DNA from: Paraspadella gotoi
Taxonomy: Eukaryota > Animalia > Chaetognatha
Reading direction: 5' to 3'
Length of the DNA: 64,000 bases
NCBI GenBank assembly: GCA_051294375.1
Contig: JBJCIZ010000239.1
Coordinates: forward strand, 167,625 to 231,624
How positions within the stretch are numbered: position 1 is the first letter of the stretch; each line of letters starts with the position of its first letter. Below the pieces are notes generated by a model. The model was not told the origin of the DNA and ran no database searches. It was given only the letters and a program-made list of their open reading frames with translations. Position numbers and translations under genes: made by a program. Shown here piece by piece: positions 11,701 through 22,858 of the stretch.

Positions 11701-14700
11701 TCATAAAAAAATATATATTTTAACAAAAAAATAGATCTAAATTAATAGTTATTTTTAATTTAAAAATTAAAATATAGTAAAGATAGATGAAACACGTAAT
11801 TAATTAATGAAAATAATTAATTAATTAATATTATTTTTTTTATTCGTGTCAAAATCGTTTTCCACTTTGTCTCGCCTCGTCAATTCACCAAAAACAACAA
11901 TCTTCGATAAACAAATTAATTGTTAATTATTTGTTATTAATTAATTAATACAAAAATTTAATAATTAATATTACTCCCCCCTTTAGCATTAACTCAATTA
12001 CTGGTGATGTTGGATGGATGGAAATGAAATGAAATTTTGTGTCTGTTGGTGGGGAGTGTGTGATTGTCCGGATTATTAAGTTTCGATGAATTCGTGCCGA
12101 GTGGAAAATGAGTTTAATTAATTGGAAAAAAAGTTTGAGCAAGAAACAATGTCGGAATCTGCTTTCGATAATTTTTAGCGGGTAACTTCAGTAAAACAGA
12201 TTAATAATCACGATTCTCTTGAGATCAATGAACTGATAGTATCGATAACAAAAACAAATAATAACACACTTCTTTAATAAATATATGGAAGAATATATTA
12301 AATTTCAATTGATCATAAGTCAAAGAACCTGTGGCTGACGCCAATAAATTGTAATCGTTTTCAACGGATTAGACTGAGCTTTTACTGGGGCAGCGCAATT
12401 AATATTTTATTATTAAAAAAATATTTTATTAATAAATTTAATAATTTAATATTTTGTTCAATTATTTTTACTTGCATAATATTTTTAACTTGATAAATTT
12501 TAATTTGCTAATTTTTTTAACTTGATATTTTTCATTTCCTAGCATTTGAAATTATTTAAAATGCTTCATGTTGATTGTACTATGCTTCGACTAGTTAAAA
12601 AAGCGATTAAATTTTGGCCCGCCTTATCACCCTGTGAAAGAAAGCCGATTCAGAATCAGAAAGAGATCAGAATGAAAATCACCTCAAACTTAAATCATGT
12701 TTGCTTATTTTTTGCGAACGAAAATAATTACATTGTTGTCATTGTAGTTCGGGTCACCGACTGAAGTTTGTTCACGCTTAGAGGAGGGCGTGAACTTTGC
12801 TATGCCCCGACTACAATCATTAAAAATGAAACAAAAAAGTGTTAATCGAAATCTAAAGCGAAACCCCAGTTCACGTAACAACCAGAAGGGTAAAACCATG
12901 TATTTTTTCATTCTGATTCATAATTGTCTCTCACTCGTAAAAACTTTGTAAGGGGTTTGCTCTGACTTTTATTATTTATTTGCGGTGAAATGATTCTGCT
13001 TTTCTGTTAACACTTCAAGACTCCTTAAATGTTCTATAGAGAATATATAAAGTGATTAAGCGGCCAAAATTTATCGCTTTTTAACTAGATGAAGCCATAG
13101 TAATAACATTGAAGCATTTAAAATTTATAAATGCATAGGAAATGAAAATTATGCAAGTTTAAAAAAATTATGCAAATTAAAAAATTATACAACGAATTAA
13201 AAATAATATTATTGCATACATCTGAATTGAAAAAAATAATGAAAACAAAATATTAAATTATTTCATTATAATTTTATCCAAAATAATCAAAAACTTATTT
13301 TTTTAAATAATAAAATATTAATTGCCGCTGCGTAACAGCCTCAGTCTAATCGTCGTGAACGATTTACCATTATTGGCCTCGAGCCACAGGTTTCTTTGGA
13401 ACTTATTGGATTCAATTGATTATATATTATTACTATCCCAATTTCAAACGGATTTTATTATTTTATCAGAACATTTAGTATGTGAACTTCTACTATATAA
13501 TAGCTTTTGTGCTATTGATTCATGTTTCTTATCCATTTTGTTCCATGACCGTTTATCTATTTACCGCTATTGATTTCCTCCGTCGGGGTGCGCGCACCTG
13601 GTCGCCAGTACAGTCTCGTTGTTTTTAGTTCCTCTTGCCTCATAATCGTTCTTCCAGCGTTTATTTAACTGAATTCTGCGTGGTGCTAAAGGGACTTATC
13701 CGCTCCCGGTAAACGGAGTATAGTACGTAGGCCAGATTCAAGGCAGTTAGGGTAATTTTTCTGGGAACTCGCGTACAAGTTTGCTCTTTTTTCCATTTAA
13801 CTCATATTCAGCGGGAACTACTCCGGACGGAATTCACGATCGAAATTTTTGTAATCTATCGGCCGGGTCGGCGAAGTATCAAGTACACACGCCGGCGAAC
13901 ATTCGGGCCCTACCCCCACACAAAAAATTGTGTCGGCGATATTCCTAGTTCCTGGGCGATACCGATTTCCCAGATTGAACGACCGCGGGATTATCAATGC
14001 GATTGAGGAGAGGGTAATTGGGCTGAAAGATATTAATTGGCCGGGTGAATGGGTAAGACGAGGAGGGGAGCAGAATTAATAATTAATCATTTTTTGTCAA
14101 TTAATTAATTAATAACAAATAAGGTAGAATGTACACAAAGTACACAAAATTTTTTGCGAGGACTTCGTAGATTTTCTAAAAGTATTGTGAGCAATATGAG
14201 AGTCGAGACAAAGATGGGGGGAGAAAACGATTTTGACACGAAAAGACATAATAGTGGAAAAACGAATGATTATTTGACAACGAAATAAAAAAATAATATT
14301 AATTAAAAATTAATTATTTCATTAATTAATTACGTGTTTCACTATTCTTACTATTTATTTTTATTTTTAAATGTTTAAAATAACTATTATTTGATGATAT
14401 CTATTTTTGTAAAATATATTTTTAGATGGGGACGCGACGCTGCATCTAAACAACACAAAGGTTTCAGTTTTTAATAGTATCGTACTTCATTCCTGTATGG
14501 AAATATATGTTATATATATTTGTTATATTTTCAGAGAAGTTAGAAGCGAGCGCTGATTTGACAGAATGAAAAAAATTAGTAGGAAAGCCTTTTATTGAAA
14601 ATATCAAGAAAATGGAGGAAGAAACATGGGATGAGAACCATTTTATTTAAGAAAAGAAAAGAAACAAAAAACAAAATAAGAATTGAGAAGAAAGAAAGGA

Positions 14701-16694
14701 ATAAAACATTAAGGAGAAAGAAAAAAAAAATTAAAATTTAAAAAGAGGAAAAAAAGAGGAGAGATAAAAGAAAAAAAGTTAGCAAAAGGAGAAGGAGAAA
14801 GAAAAAGAGAGAAAACAAAAGAGAGGAAAAAGAAAGAAAAAGAAGCAAATAAGAAAAGAAGAAAAAAAGAGAGAAAAAGAGAGAAGAAAAAAAATTGGAT
14901 ACACAAAGATATAATAAAGACAAGTTAAATTAAAATAGAATATGAAAAAGAAAAAGAAAAGAAAGTATAATACACGATAAAGGAGAGGAAAGAGAAAGAG
15001 AAAAGTCTAATTGGGAAGAGGAATTAAATAATGCGAAAAACAGAGTAATAGAAAAGGGAGATTAAAGAAAATCACTATACTTTATTTGTTAGGAAAGAAC
15101 CATAAGATAAGTAAGTGTAACGTTCTTCCGTTGTCGTAAGCCAAAAATGAAGAAGTAGTTGGATGTTGATGATTTTTTTTTTTTGAAGGGCGGGGACTTG
15201 TTTTTAATTGCGTGTTATTATAGTTTTAATAAGTTTAAGAAAACTGAAAAATTAAAGTTACTTATCTATTATCCACCACCCCGTAAAATATTCTTGATTC
15301 GTCAAGGGAACACGCGGCAGAGGACTTATCTAAGGACCTTAGCAACACAGGGTATGAAATTTAAAGAAACTGGGAAAATATCATGTATTAAAGACAATCG
15401 ACCATAAAAACGAGAGAAGGAAAGTGACCCAGTCGATATGATATCATCTCTCAAAAATCATCGGTTTAGAATCTGGGGGTAATTCAAGGACGGAATTGGA
15501 AAAGGAAAAAAACACGTATATCATGACTTTACTGTCAGACATGAGAGACATATGAGCGAATATCCTAGATAAGAACACAAACTCGTGAATTCAGTATCTC
15601 TCCCGATAATTAACTTCATGCTGAAAACGACCTTTACCCCAGGCTGCCTCGTGTCTCCATTTTTGTATGTATCCGGGAAGGAAACAGAGCGGGCAGATAT
15701 TTTTGGGTCGGGACTTTTCCTCCGCAGCGCGCGCGTCACCGGCTTGGGGATGAAAATGACGTAAGAACAGCGGGTGTACTTGAGAGACGTGTGGACTGAA
15801 ATGGACACGAAAGAGAGGAGATGTGGAAGAACCGGCTGGGTAGAAAAGTGCGGAAGATATGAAGCGGGCCAAACCGCTGGCAGCGCGAGAGACTGGAGGG
15901 AAGGAGAGTGAGATTGTAGGGGACGAGTGGTGCTAAGAAAGAGTTTGAGAGACAGTGACTGATATTCGTGTATACCTCAGTCCCGCGTTTAGACCATATC
16001 GGTCCGGCTCTTCCTGCTTGTTGTCCACATGAATGGGGAATTACAAATGGGGTATGACACACGGCGAGATTGCTGTAAAGGGCAGCCCGGGTCGCTCGTA
16101 CTTACTCCGGGGCGGTCTGGGGCGGTGCGCGGCTTTTCGGATTGTATTCCTCACCATACTGTGTCTGGTCAGGGCCTTGCTCGGGCATCCCTCTCATGTG
16201 ACCGGCCCTTTTCCCTGTCACTTGGCTCCTCCTTATGTTTCTCTCTCTCTCTCCTCTCCTCTCTCCTCCTCTCTTCATTCTCCCTCTATAAACGGGGGGC
16301 ACCGTCACATTTAAAGCCCACCTCGCCGGGATACCAGGGGATTGGAAGTCAACACACCACAGAGGATCATCGCTTTCTTTTCGGTCACTGGCAGAGAACG
16401 AAAAATAAGTAAAATCCTTGAGCGTGGATTGTGACATAGAAGACCTGCCTCAGCCTTCATTCTTGGAGACGTTACTTGTCGAGACTGAAAGGGTAACGAA
16501 GTAAAACACCAAAAACAACAAGCTAGAGTAGGAAAGACGTCTATCAGACTTTTAGTTATATTGGAAAAATGTTCGCTTTAGTGGTAAGGTTTGCCCACCA
16601 TATCAATCGATCATTAAGTTTGCAATGTAACTTTTTTTTATTTTATTCGGCTCATGAGATAGCACAAAACCTCTCTCTCTGCTCTCTCTCTTCC

Positions 16695-16725
<31 letters not shown>

Positions 16726-17106
16726 AATCCCAATTCTTCCTCTCTATCTGCTCTCTCTATATCACTCTCTTTCTCTCTCATTAACTTACACTTCTTTCTC
16801 TATATTACTCTTTATCTTTTCTCCTACTTGCGTTTCTTCGTGCCGGTTGTGTTTTCCTTTCTCTTGTTTTTTCCTTCTTGTTTTCTTTTTTTAACCTTCC
16901 TTCTCTCTCTCTTCTCTTCTTCTATTCTTGCACTCTTCACTCTCTATTTTCTCTCTCTTCTTTCTTCTCTTCTCTCTCTCTCGATTAAACTTGATTTTGC
17001 GAGCGAATTCCCGGAAGAAGTAATAATAAATCTTACCATTTTATTGCTGTNNNNNNNNNNNNNNNNNNNNNNNNNTTCCCCCCCCCCTAAATATCTTTAT
17101 CGTCAG

Positions 17107-17414
17107 ACCCGCGACTTTCTCCTTCCGAAAGACGTTAATCGACTTCCGAATGACGTCAGTTGCTCATCTCTCAAATCTCGTCTGGGTTTTCGAGGCGGAA
17201 AAGGAAAATCTTTCTCTTCTCGCTCTCCTCTGGCCTTTGCCGTCCTGACCCACGGTCGTCGTTATTTCGAACAGACGCTTCGACTCCTGCGCGCCCTCAC
17301 CGGCGGAAATGACGTCGTCTGCTTGCACGTGGACGCTAAAGTCGATAACGCCACCTGGGCGGCGCTGAGGAGAGTTGGGACGTGTCTAGATGGCGTCGTG
17401 TTCGTAGAAAAGAG
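17107..17414 (+). CDS. GCNT: GCNT exon 2 (clean copy): core-2/I-branching beta-1,6-N-acetylglucosaminyltransferase
   Basis: Open frame TRDFLLPKD...SPLAFAVLTHGRRYFEQTLRLLRALTGGNDVVCLHVDAK...GTCLDGVVFVEK matches the GT14 pattern (PIAYSIVVH...RLLRAIY..N.YCIHVD...CF.NV). AG acceptor; phase-2 GC donor. Confidence 0.85.
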
Positions 17415-17419
17415 GCTAG

Positions 17420-17676
17420 TATGACAACGGGAGGATAGCCTGTGATACCCGGGGCGCGGGTTATCTCACCAACTGGCGTAGGGGCTGCGGACCCTCAGTG
17501 ACCGCCTCCTGTCACTGGCATGTTTATACCGGCACCGTCACATTTAAGCCATAACCGGGATACCCAGGGAATGAACCCGGGACGCACGGATGGAATGAGA
17601 TGATTTAGCCTGCTCAGCCATTGAGACGAGGCTGAGGACGGACAGCAGTGAGGCAGCTTTAAGTCTTGCTGCCACA
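17420..17676 (-). mobile_element. 257-bp short element (family B/C): TGTGGCAGC...GTTGTCATA ends, 4-bp TSD CTAG, tRNA-like A/B boxes
   Basis: CTAG at 17416-17419 and 17677-17680. The other copies of this intron (7411ff and 19838 on the minus strand) have a single CTAG, i.e. an empty site. Confidence 0.8.
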
Positions 17677-18056
17677 CTAGTTCATTACTTTTTTTTATTT
17701 TATCGGCTTATATATATAACAATCTATATACATATAATATATATATATATATATATGCGTTGTGTTTCCTTTTGTTTTTTCTTTGTTTTTTTTTTACTCT
17801 ATGATTATCTATTTTTATATTTAGTAATTCCCGAAGTAACTTACCATTTTATGGTTAAAAAAAAAAATTACATATCCGGAAAAAAAAATGTATTCTGTGG
17901 CGGTACATATTCACACCGCCTCACATCCAACATCGATCAGCCCATCTCATGTAAACTTGACGCGATGCTCCCAACTAGATTCAGTGAAATAAGTCGTAAA
18001 TTGATATTTTCTTTGTCTCAAAGATATAGTTTCGATGTTTCCGCGTTCATCTTCAG

Positions 18057-18195
18057 AATTAATGTGGTTTGGGCCCGAATGTCCCTCGTGGACGCTCTGC
18101 TTTCATGCGGCGCCACTCTGCTGGCCCTGGACATTCAGTGGACGCACGTTATCAACTTTGCGTCGACGGCGTTTCCGTTGCGGACCAACGACGAG
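18057..18195 (+). CDS. GCNT: GCNT exon 3 (clean copy)
   Basis: cttcag|A ATT AAT...GAC GAG|gt encodes INVVWARMSLVDALLSCGATLLALDIQWTHVINFASTAFPLRTNDE, matching the GT14 V.W...S.V.A.L.C...L.....W.Y.IN....FP.KTN.E pattern. Phases fit exons 2 and 4. Confidence 0.85.
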
Positions 18196-18569
18196 GTTAT
18201 TTCTGTGAGAGATTTCGTGAACTGTTTAGTTTTGAGTCGCGCCGCGAATACACCCCTGAGCAACTCTATTGAAAATATCAAACAATTTTTTTCTACTGAG
18301 AGTCGTATAAACCGAACATCGTGTGATACCACCCTACTCCGTCAGTTTTTACCTTCCTANNNNNNNNNNTTGAGTCGCGCCGCGAGCGCTCCCCTGAGCA
18401 ACTCTATTGAAAATATCAAACAATTTATTTTCTACTTCGAGTCGTCTAAACCGAACATCGTGTGATACCACCCTACTCCATCGGTTTTTACCACCCGACT
18501 CCGTCAGTTTTTACTACCCTACTNNNNNNNNNNNNNNNNNNNNNNNNNTTCCTGTCCCTCCAACGTCAC

Positions 18570-18698
18570 CTTAACCAGTTTAACTCTGCCCGGTGGAGGA
18601 TCTTTCTTTCATCCGGATCCGCGCCTCCAAATGCGTCGTATTCAACATCTCCGTGAACGAGATTTCGTCCTTCGAAAAAAATCCAATATGGCGCCGAT
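18570..18698 (-). CDS. GCNT: GCNT exon 4, inverted copy
   Basis: gtcag|ATCGGC...GTTAAG|gtgacg, 129 nt. With one +1 and one -1 correction it reads IGAILDFxSKDEISFTEMLNTTHLEARIRMKKDPPPGRVKLVK, giving the K.PP....L.K motif that precedes GS in GT14. Confidence 0.65.
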
Positions 18699-19016
18699 CT
18701 GACGGAGTAGGGTGTAAAAAACCGACGGGGAGTAGGTAGTAAAAACTGACGAGTCGGTTGGTAAAAACTGACGGAGTAGGGTAGTAAAACTGACGGAGTA
18801 GGGTGGTAAAAACCGACGAGTAGGGTTAGTAAAAACTGACGGAGTCGGGTGTGTAAAAACCGATGGAGTTAGGTGGTATCACACGATGTTCGGTTTAGAC
18901 GACTCGAAGTAGAAAATAAATTGTTTGATTATTTTCACATAGAGTTGCTTCAGGGGTAGCGGCTCGCGGCGCGACTCAAATACTAAACAGTTCACGAAAT
19001 CTCTCACAGAAATAAC

Positions 19017-19153
19017 CTCGTCGTTGGTCCGCAACGAAACGCCGTCGACGCCAAAGTGATAACGTGCGTCACTGAACGTCCAGGGCCTCAGCAGAGTGGC
19101 GCGCATGAAAGCAGACGTCCACGAGGGACATTCGGGCCCAAACCACATTAATT
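19017..19153 (-). CDS. GCNT: GCNT exon 3, inverted noisy copy
   Basis: Reverse complement of 18057-18195 with scattered indels. Confidence 0.65.
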
Positions 19154-19468
19154 CTGAAGATGAACGCGGAAACATCGAACTTTATCTTTGAGACAAAGAA
19201 AATATCGATTTACGGACTTATTTCACTGCAATTTATTTGGGAGCGATTGCCACAAGTGTTACATGAGATGGGCTGATCGATGTTGGATGTGAGGCGGTGT
19301 GAATATGTACCGCCACAGAATGCTTTTTTTTTTCCGGATATGTAATTTTTTTTTTAACTCATAAAATGGTAAGTGACTTCGGAATTACTAAATATAAAAA
19401 TAGAAATCATTAGAGTAAAAAAAAAACAAAGAAAAAAACATAAGGAACACAACGCCATATATATGTAT

Positions 19469-19768
19469 TGAAGTCGGGCATTGCCTAGGTTCCCCCGCCT
19501 AGATCAATGACACTTTCGAGTTGTCTGACCCGGTGGCCATTGAGTAAACAAGCCATCAGCTCTATGACCACTTATGGTACGCTGTTCACAATCCCAACCC
19601 GGTACTTACCCTGCTGGGAAGCGGTGAGGATCGGCCAGTCAAGGCCGCCTTGGGCATGGCAAACCCTCAAGCTGGTTCCAAGCCCAGGACCCCGTTCCGA
19701 TGGTCTGCTTGAGGGGTTATAGAAGTTACGGATATCATCTCTTCAGCCCACTTAGCGCCTTATCCACA
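19469..19768 (-). mobile_element. Family A element, inverted copy of the same locus
   Basis: Reverse complement of 7484-7789 with the same flanks. Confidence 0.7.
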
Positions 19769-19838
19769 TATATATATTATATGTATATAGATTGTTATAT
19801 ATATAAGCCGATAAATAAAAAAAAAGTAATGAACTAGC

Positions 19839-20149
19839 CTCTTTTCTACGAACACGGACGCCATCTAGACACGTCCAACTTCTCCTCAGCGCCGCCCAGG
19901 TGGCGGTTATCGACTTTTTTAAGCGTTCCAAGTGCAAGAGACGACGTCATTTTCGCGCGGTGAGGGCGCAGAGTCGAAGCTGTTTGTTCTCGAAATAACG
20001 ACGACCGTGGGTCAGGACGGAAAGGCCGAGGAGACGAGAAAGCGAAAGATTTTCCTTTTTCCGCTTGAAAACCCACGACGAGATTGAGAGATGAGCAACT
20101 GACGTCATTCGGAAGTCGATTAACGTCTTTCGAAGGAGAAGTCGCGGGT
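19839..20149 (-). CDS. GCNT: GCNT exon 2, inverted noisy copy
   Basis: Reverse complement of 17107-17414 with indels; same GAG|gctagt donor. Confidence 0.65.
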
Positions 20150-20395
20150 TGACGATAAAGATATTTAGGGGGGGGAAAAATAAATATAACTATATAAGAC
20201 GAATTAAAACGCAGTCCGCTAAAAAAAATCACCATTTCACGACAACGAAAGACGAAACTATACCAAAAAAAAAAGATTATCATCGTCGAATTCTAAAGCC
20301 TCATTACGTTAAATAATAATGATTGAATTAAATATCTTATCCTTTGTCATCTTTGAACGCTCGATTGTAAGTCCGTAACTACCGTCTTGTCTTAC

Positions 20396-20645
20396 CCGAA
20401 TTCTTAGCCTTCTTATCCATTGATATCGCCTCTCACGACTCCCAGATCAATTCCAGGCCCATTTCGCCGGCGAACTCCAGCGAATTCTCCTCGTCCCCAA
20501 CTTCGGAGTTCGAATTCTCTCCCGCGAGGGAAAGTCCAGCCCAGATGTAAACGCTGAAGACGATTATTAGGAGGAAAGACTGTGGCGGCGGCGTCGGCGG
20601 AGAAATGGATCCGAGGAAAAATGTCAACCTGCGTTTGTGAGTCAT
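20396..20645 (-). CDS. GCNT: GCNT exon 1, inverted copy (start codon, basic tail, TM helix, stem)
   Basis: aacATG ACT CAC AAA... reconstructs across indels as MTHKRRLTFFLG..LRRRRRH..FLLIIVFSVYIW...ENSLEFAGEMGLD..GVVRGDIN..KKAKNS, followed by a gtaaga donor. Typical Golgi type II architecture. Confidence 0.6.
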
Positions 20646-20855
20646 GTTGATCCAATGGATGGGATAAAGTTTTGAATTGGAGGATTTTTTTTCATTCGAG
20701 TTAATTTGTTTGTCTTGATTAAGGGAGTTAAAGTAAAGGGTCTTCCTTAAAATAATAAAAGTAGACAAGTTTTCGTGACAATTTTTATAGTACTTGTTGT
20801 TAGTGAACTGTTTCGCTTTCGATTTTCGATTACCTTTTTTTTTCATTTTTTATGA

Positions 20856-20918
20856 TGTAGTCGGCATAGCAAAGTTCACCCCTCCTCTAAGGTGACACCT
20901 TCAGTCGTGACCGACACA
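20856..20918 (-). mobile_element. ~70-bp miniature element (family D) with TGTAGTCGGG inverted ends and TCAT TSD; also read at ~6200-6272, 11196-11251, 12743-12815
   Basis: Consensus of the copies: TCAT|TGTAGTCGGGTCACGACTGAAGGTGTCACGCTTAGAGGAGGGGTGAACTTTGCTATGCCCGACTACA|TCAT. The body resembles the 3' end of family A. Confidence 0.6.
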
Positions 20919-22858
20919 TGACAACAATGTAATTTTTCGTTCGCAAAAATAGCAAACAGATTTTTAGTTGAGGTGATTTCATTCTGATCTCTTTCTGATT
21001 CTGATCGCTTTCTTTCACAGGGTGATAAGGCGGGCCAAATTATCGCTTTTTAACGAGTGAGCATAGTATAACATTGAAGCATTTAAATATTTATAAATGC
21101 ATAGGAAATGAAAAAAAAAATTTTTAGAATTTGTCTTTTTAAGAACATATTTAGATAGCCATAAAATTGTCTTACAAAAAAAGTTGAAAGTTTAAAAATT
21201 ATGCAAATAAAAAAATTATACAATTAAAATATTATGCAAGTAAAAATAATGACAAAATATTAAATTATATATTTATTAATAAATTTTTTTTAAATAATAA
21301 ATATAATTGTGCTGCAGTACAGCTCAGTCTAATCCGTTGAAAACGATGGCGCAGCCACAGGTTCTTGACTTATTGATCAATTGATTTTATATATATTTCA
21401 AATTTATTAGAGAGTGTGTTATTATTTGTTTGTTTATGATCAGCTTATCAGTTATTGATCTCAAGAGATCGTGATTATTATCTGTTTAGGCTGATTACTG
21501 CTAAATTATCGTAGGCAGATTCGCATGTTTGTCTCAAACTTGTTTCCATTTGAAACTCATTTCTCACTCGGACGATTCCATTCTAAACTTGATTTCACGC
21601 TTCATCCACACTTTTCCTACCCAATACAAGAATTCAAATAGTAAATTAGATTTTTTTTTCTATTTTTCATTTAAACTCATTCCACTTCGGACGATTCCAT
21701 CGAAACTTAATATCCGGTCAATCAACACTTCCCTACCCACTTCAACAAAATTTCCATTCTTATCCATCCATCCAATCACCAGTAATTGGAGTTTATTGCT
21801 CAAGGGGGGAGTAATTATTAATTATTTAATTTTTGTAATTAATTAAATTATTAATTAATTTACCAAATAATTAACAATTAATATTAATTATGATCGAGAT
21901 TGTTGTTTTGTGATTGAAGGCGAGACAAAGTGGAAAACGATTTTTGACACGAATTAAAAAAAATATAATAGATTAATTAATTAATTATTTCATTAATTAA
22001 TTACGTGTTCACTATTTTATTTTTTATTTTTAGATTTAAAATAACTATTATTTATGATTCTATTTTTTGTTAAATTTTTTGTGTTAAATATTTAAATTAA
22101 TATTATTTTGTTTTTGATGGGGACGTGCATTAAACAACCCAAGGTTTTCCAGTTTTCTAATGTATGTACATCATTCCTGTTGGAAAATATTATTGTTATA
22201 TATATTTGTATATATTCTAGAAGAAGTTGAGGAGGAGCGCTGATGACAAAACTGCAAAGAATAGTAGGAAACCCTATTTAATGAAAAATATCAAAGAAAA
22301 TGGTGAAGAAAACAGAGAGAAAACATTAGATTCAAAAAAAAAGAAACAAAAAAAGACAAATAAGATGAAGAAAAGAAAGGAAAGAAACATAAAGAGAGGA
22401 AAGAGAAAAAAAATAAAATAAAAGAGAGAAAAAAAAGAGGAGAGATAAAAGAAAAAGAAAGCAAATGAGAATTAGGAAAGAAAGAGAAAAACAAAAGAGA
22501 GGAAAAAGGAAAGAAAAAGAAGCAATAAGAAAAGAAGAAAGAAAAGAGGAAAGAAGGAAAAAAGAAAGGAAAGAGAAAAGTTAAATAAGAAAAATGAAAG
22601 GAAAAGCAAGACAACAAGAGGAAGAGGAAAAGAGCAATAAGAATATAAGAAAGAAGCAACATAGAAGAAGAAAAAAAATAGAATGAAAGAAAGAAAGACA
22701 ACAAAAGAGAGAGAGAAGAAAGAAAGCAAATAATGAAAAAGAAGCAACAGAAAAAAAAAATAAGAATAATGAAAGAACAGAAAGACAACAAAAGAGAGGA
22801 AAGAGGAAAGAAAAAGAAGCATAATAAATGAAAGAACAAGGAAATATAAAAAAAAGGA

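Noticed and set aside
15100-17050. Apparently novel or foreign GC-richer sequence with several ORFs (also 13500-14200)
   Set aside because: Landmarks of GCNT exon 2, the 257-bp element and the upstream repeat occur in order with heavy insertions, indicating a degraded read.
17560-17630. Functional tRNA gene (also 37115-37185)
   Set aside because: Only A/B-box-like and T-arm-like parts are present, with no acceptor stem or complete cloverleaf.
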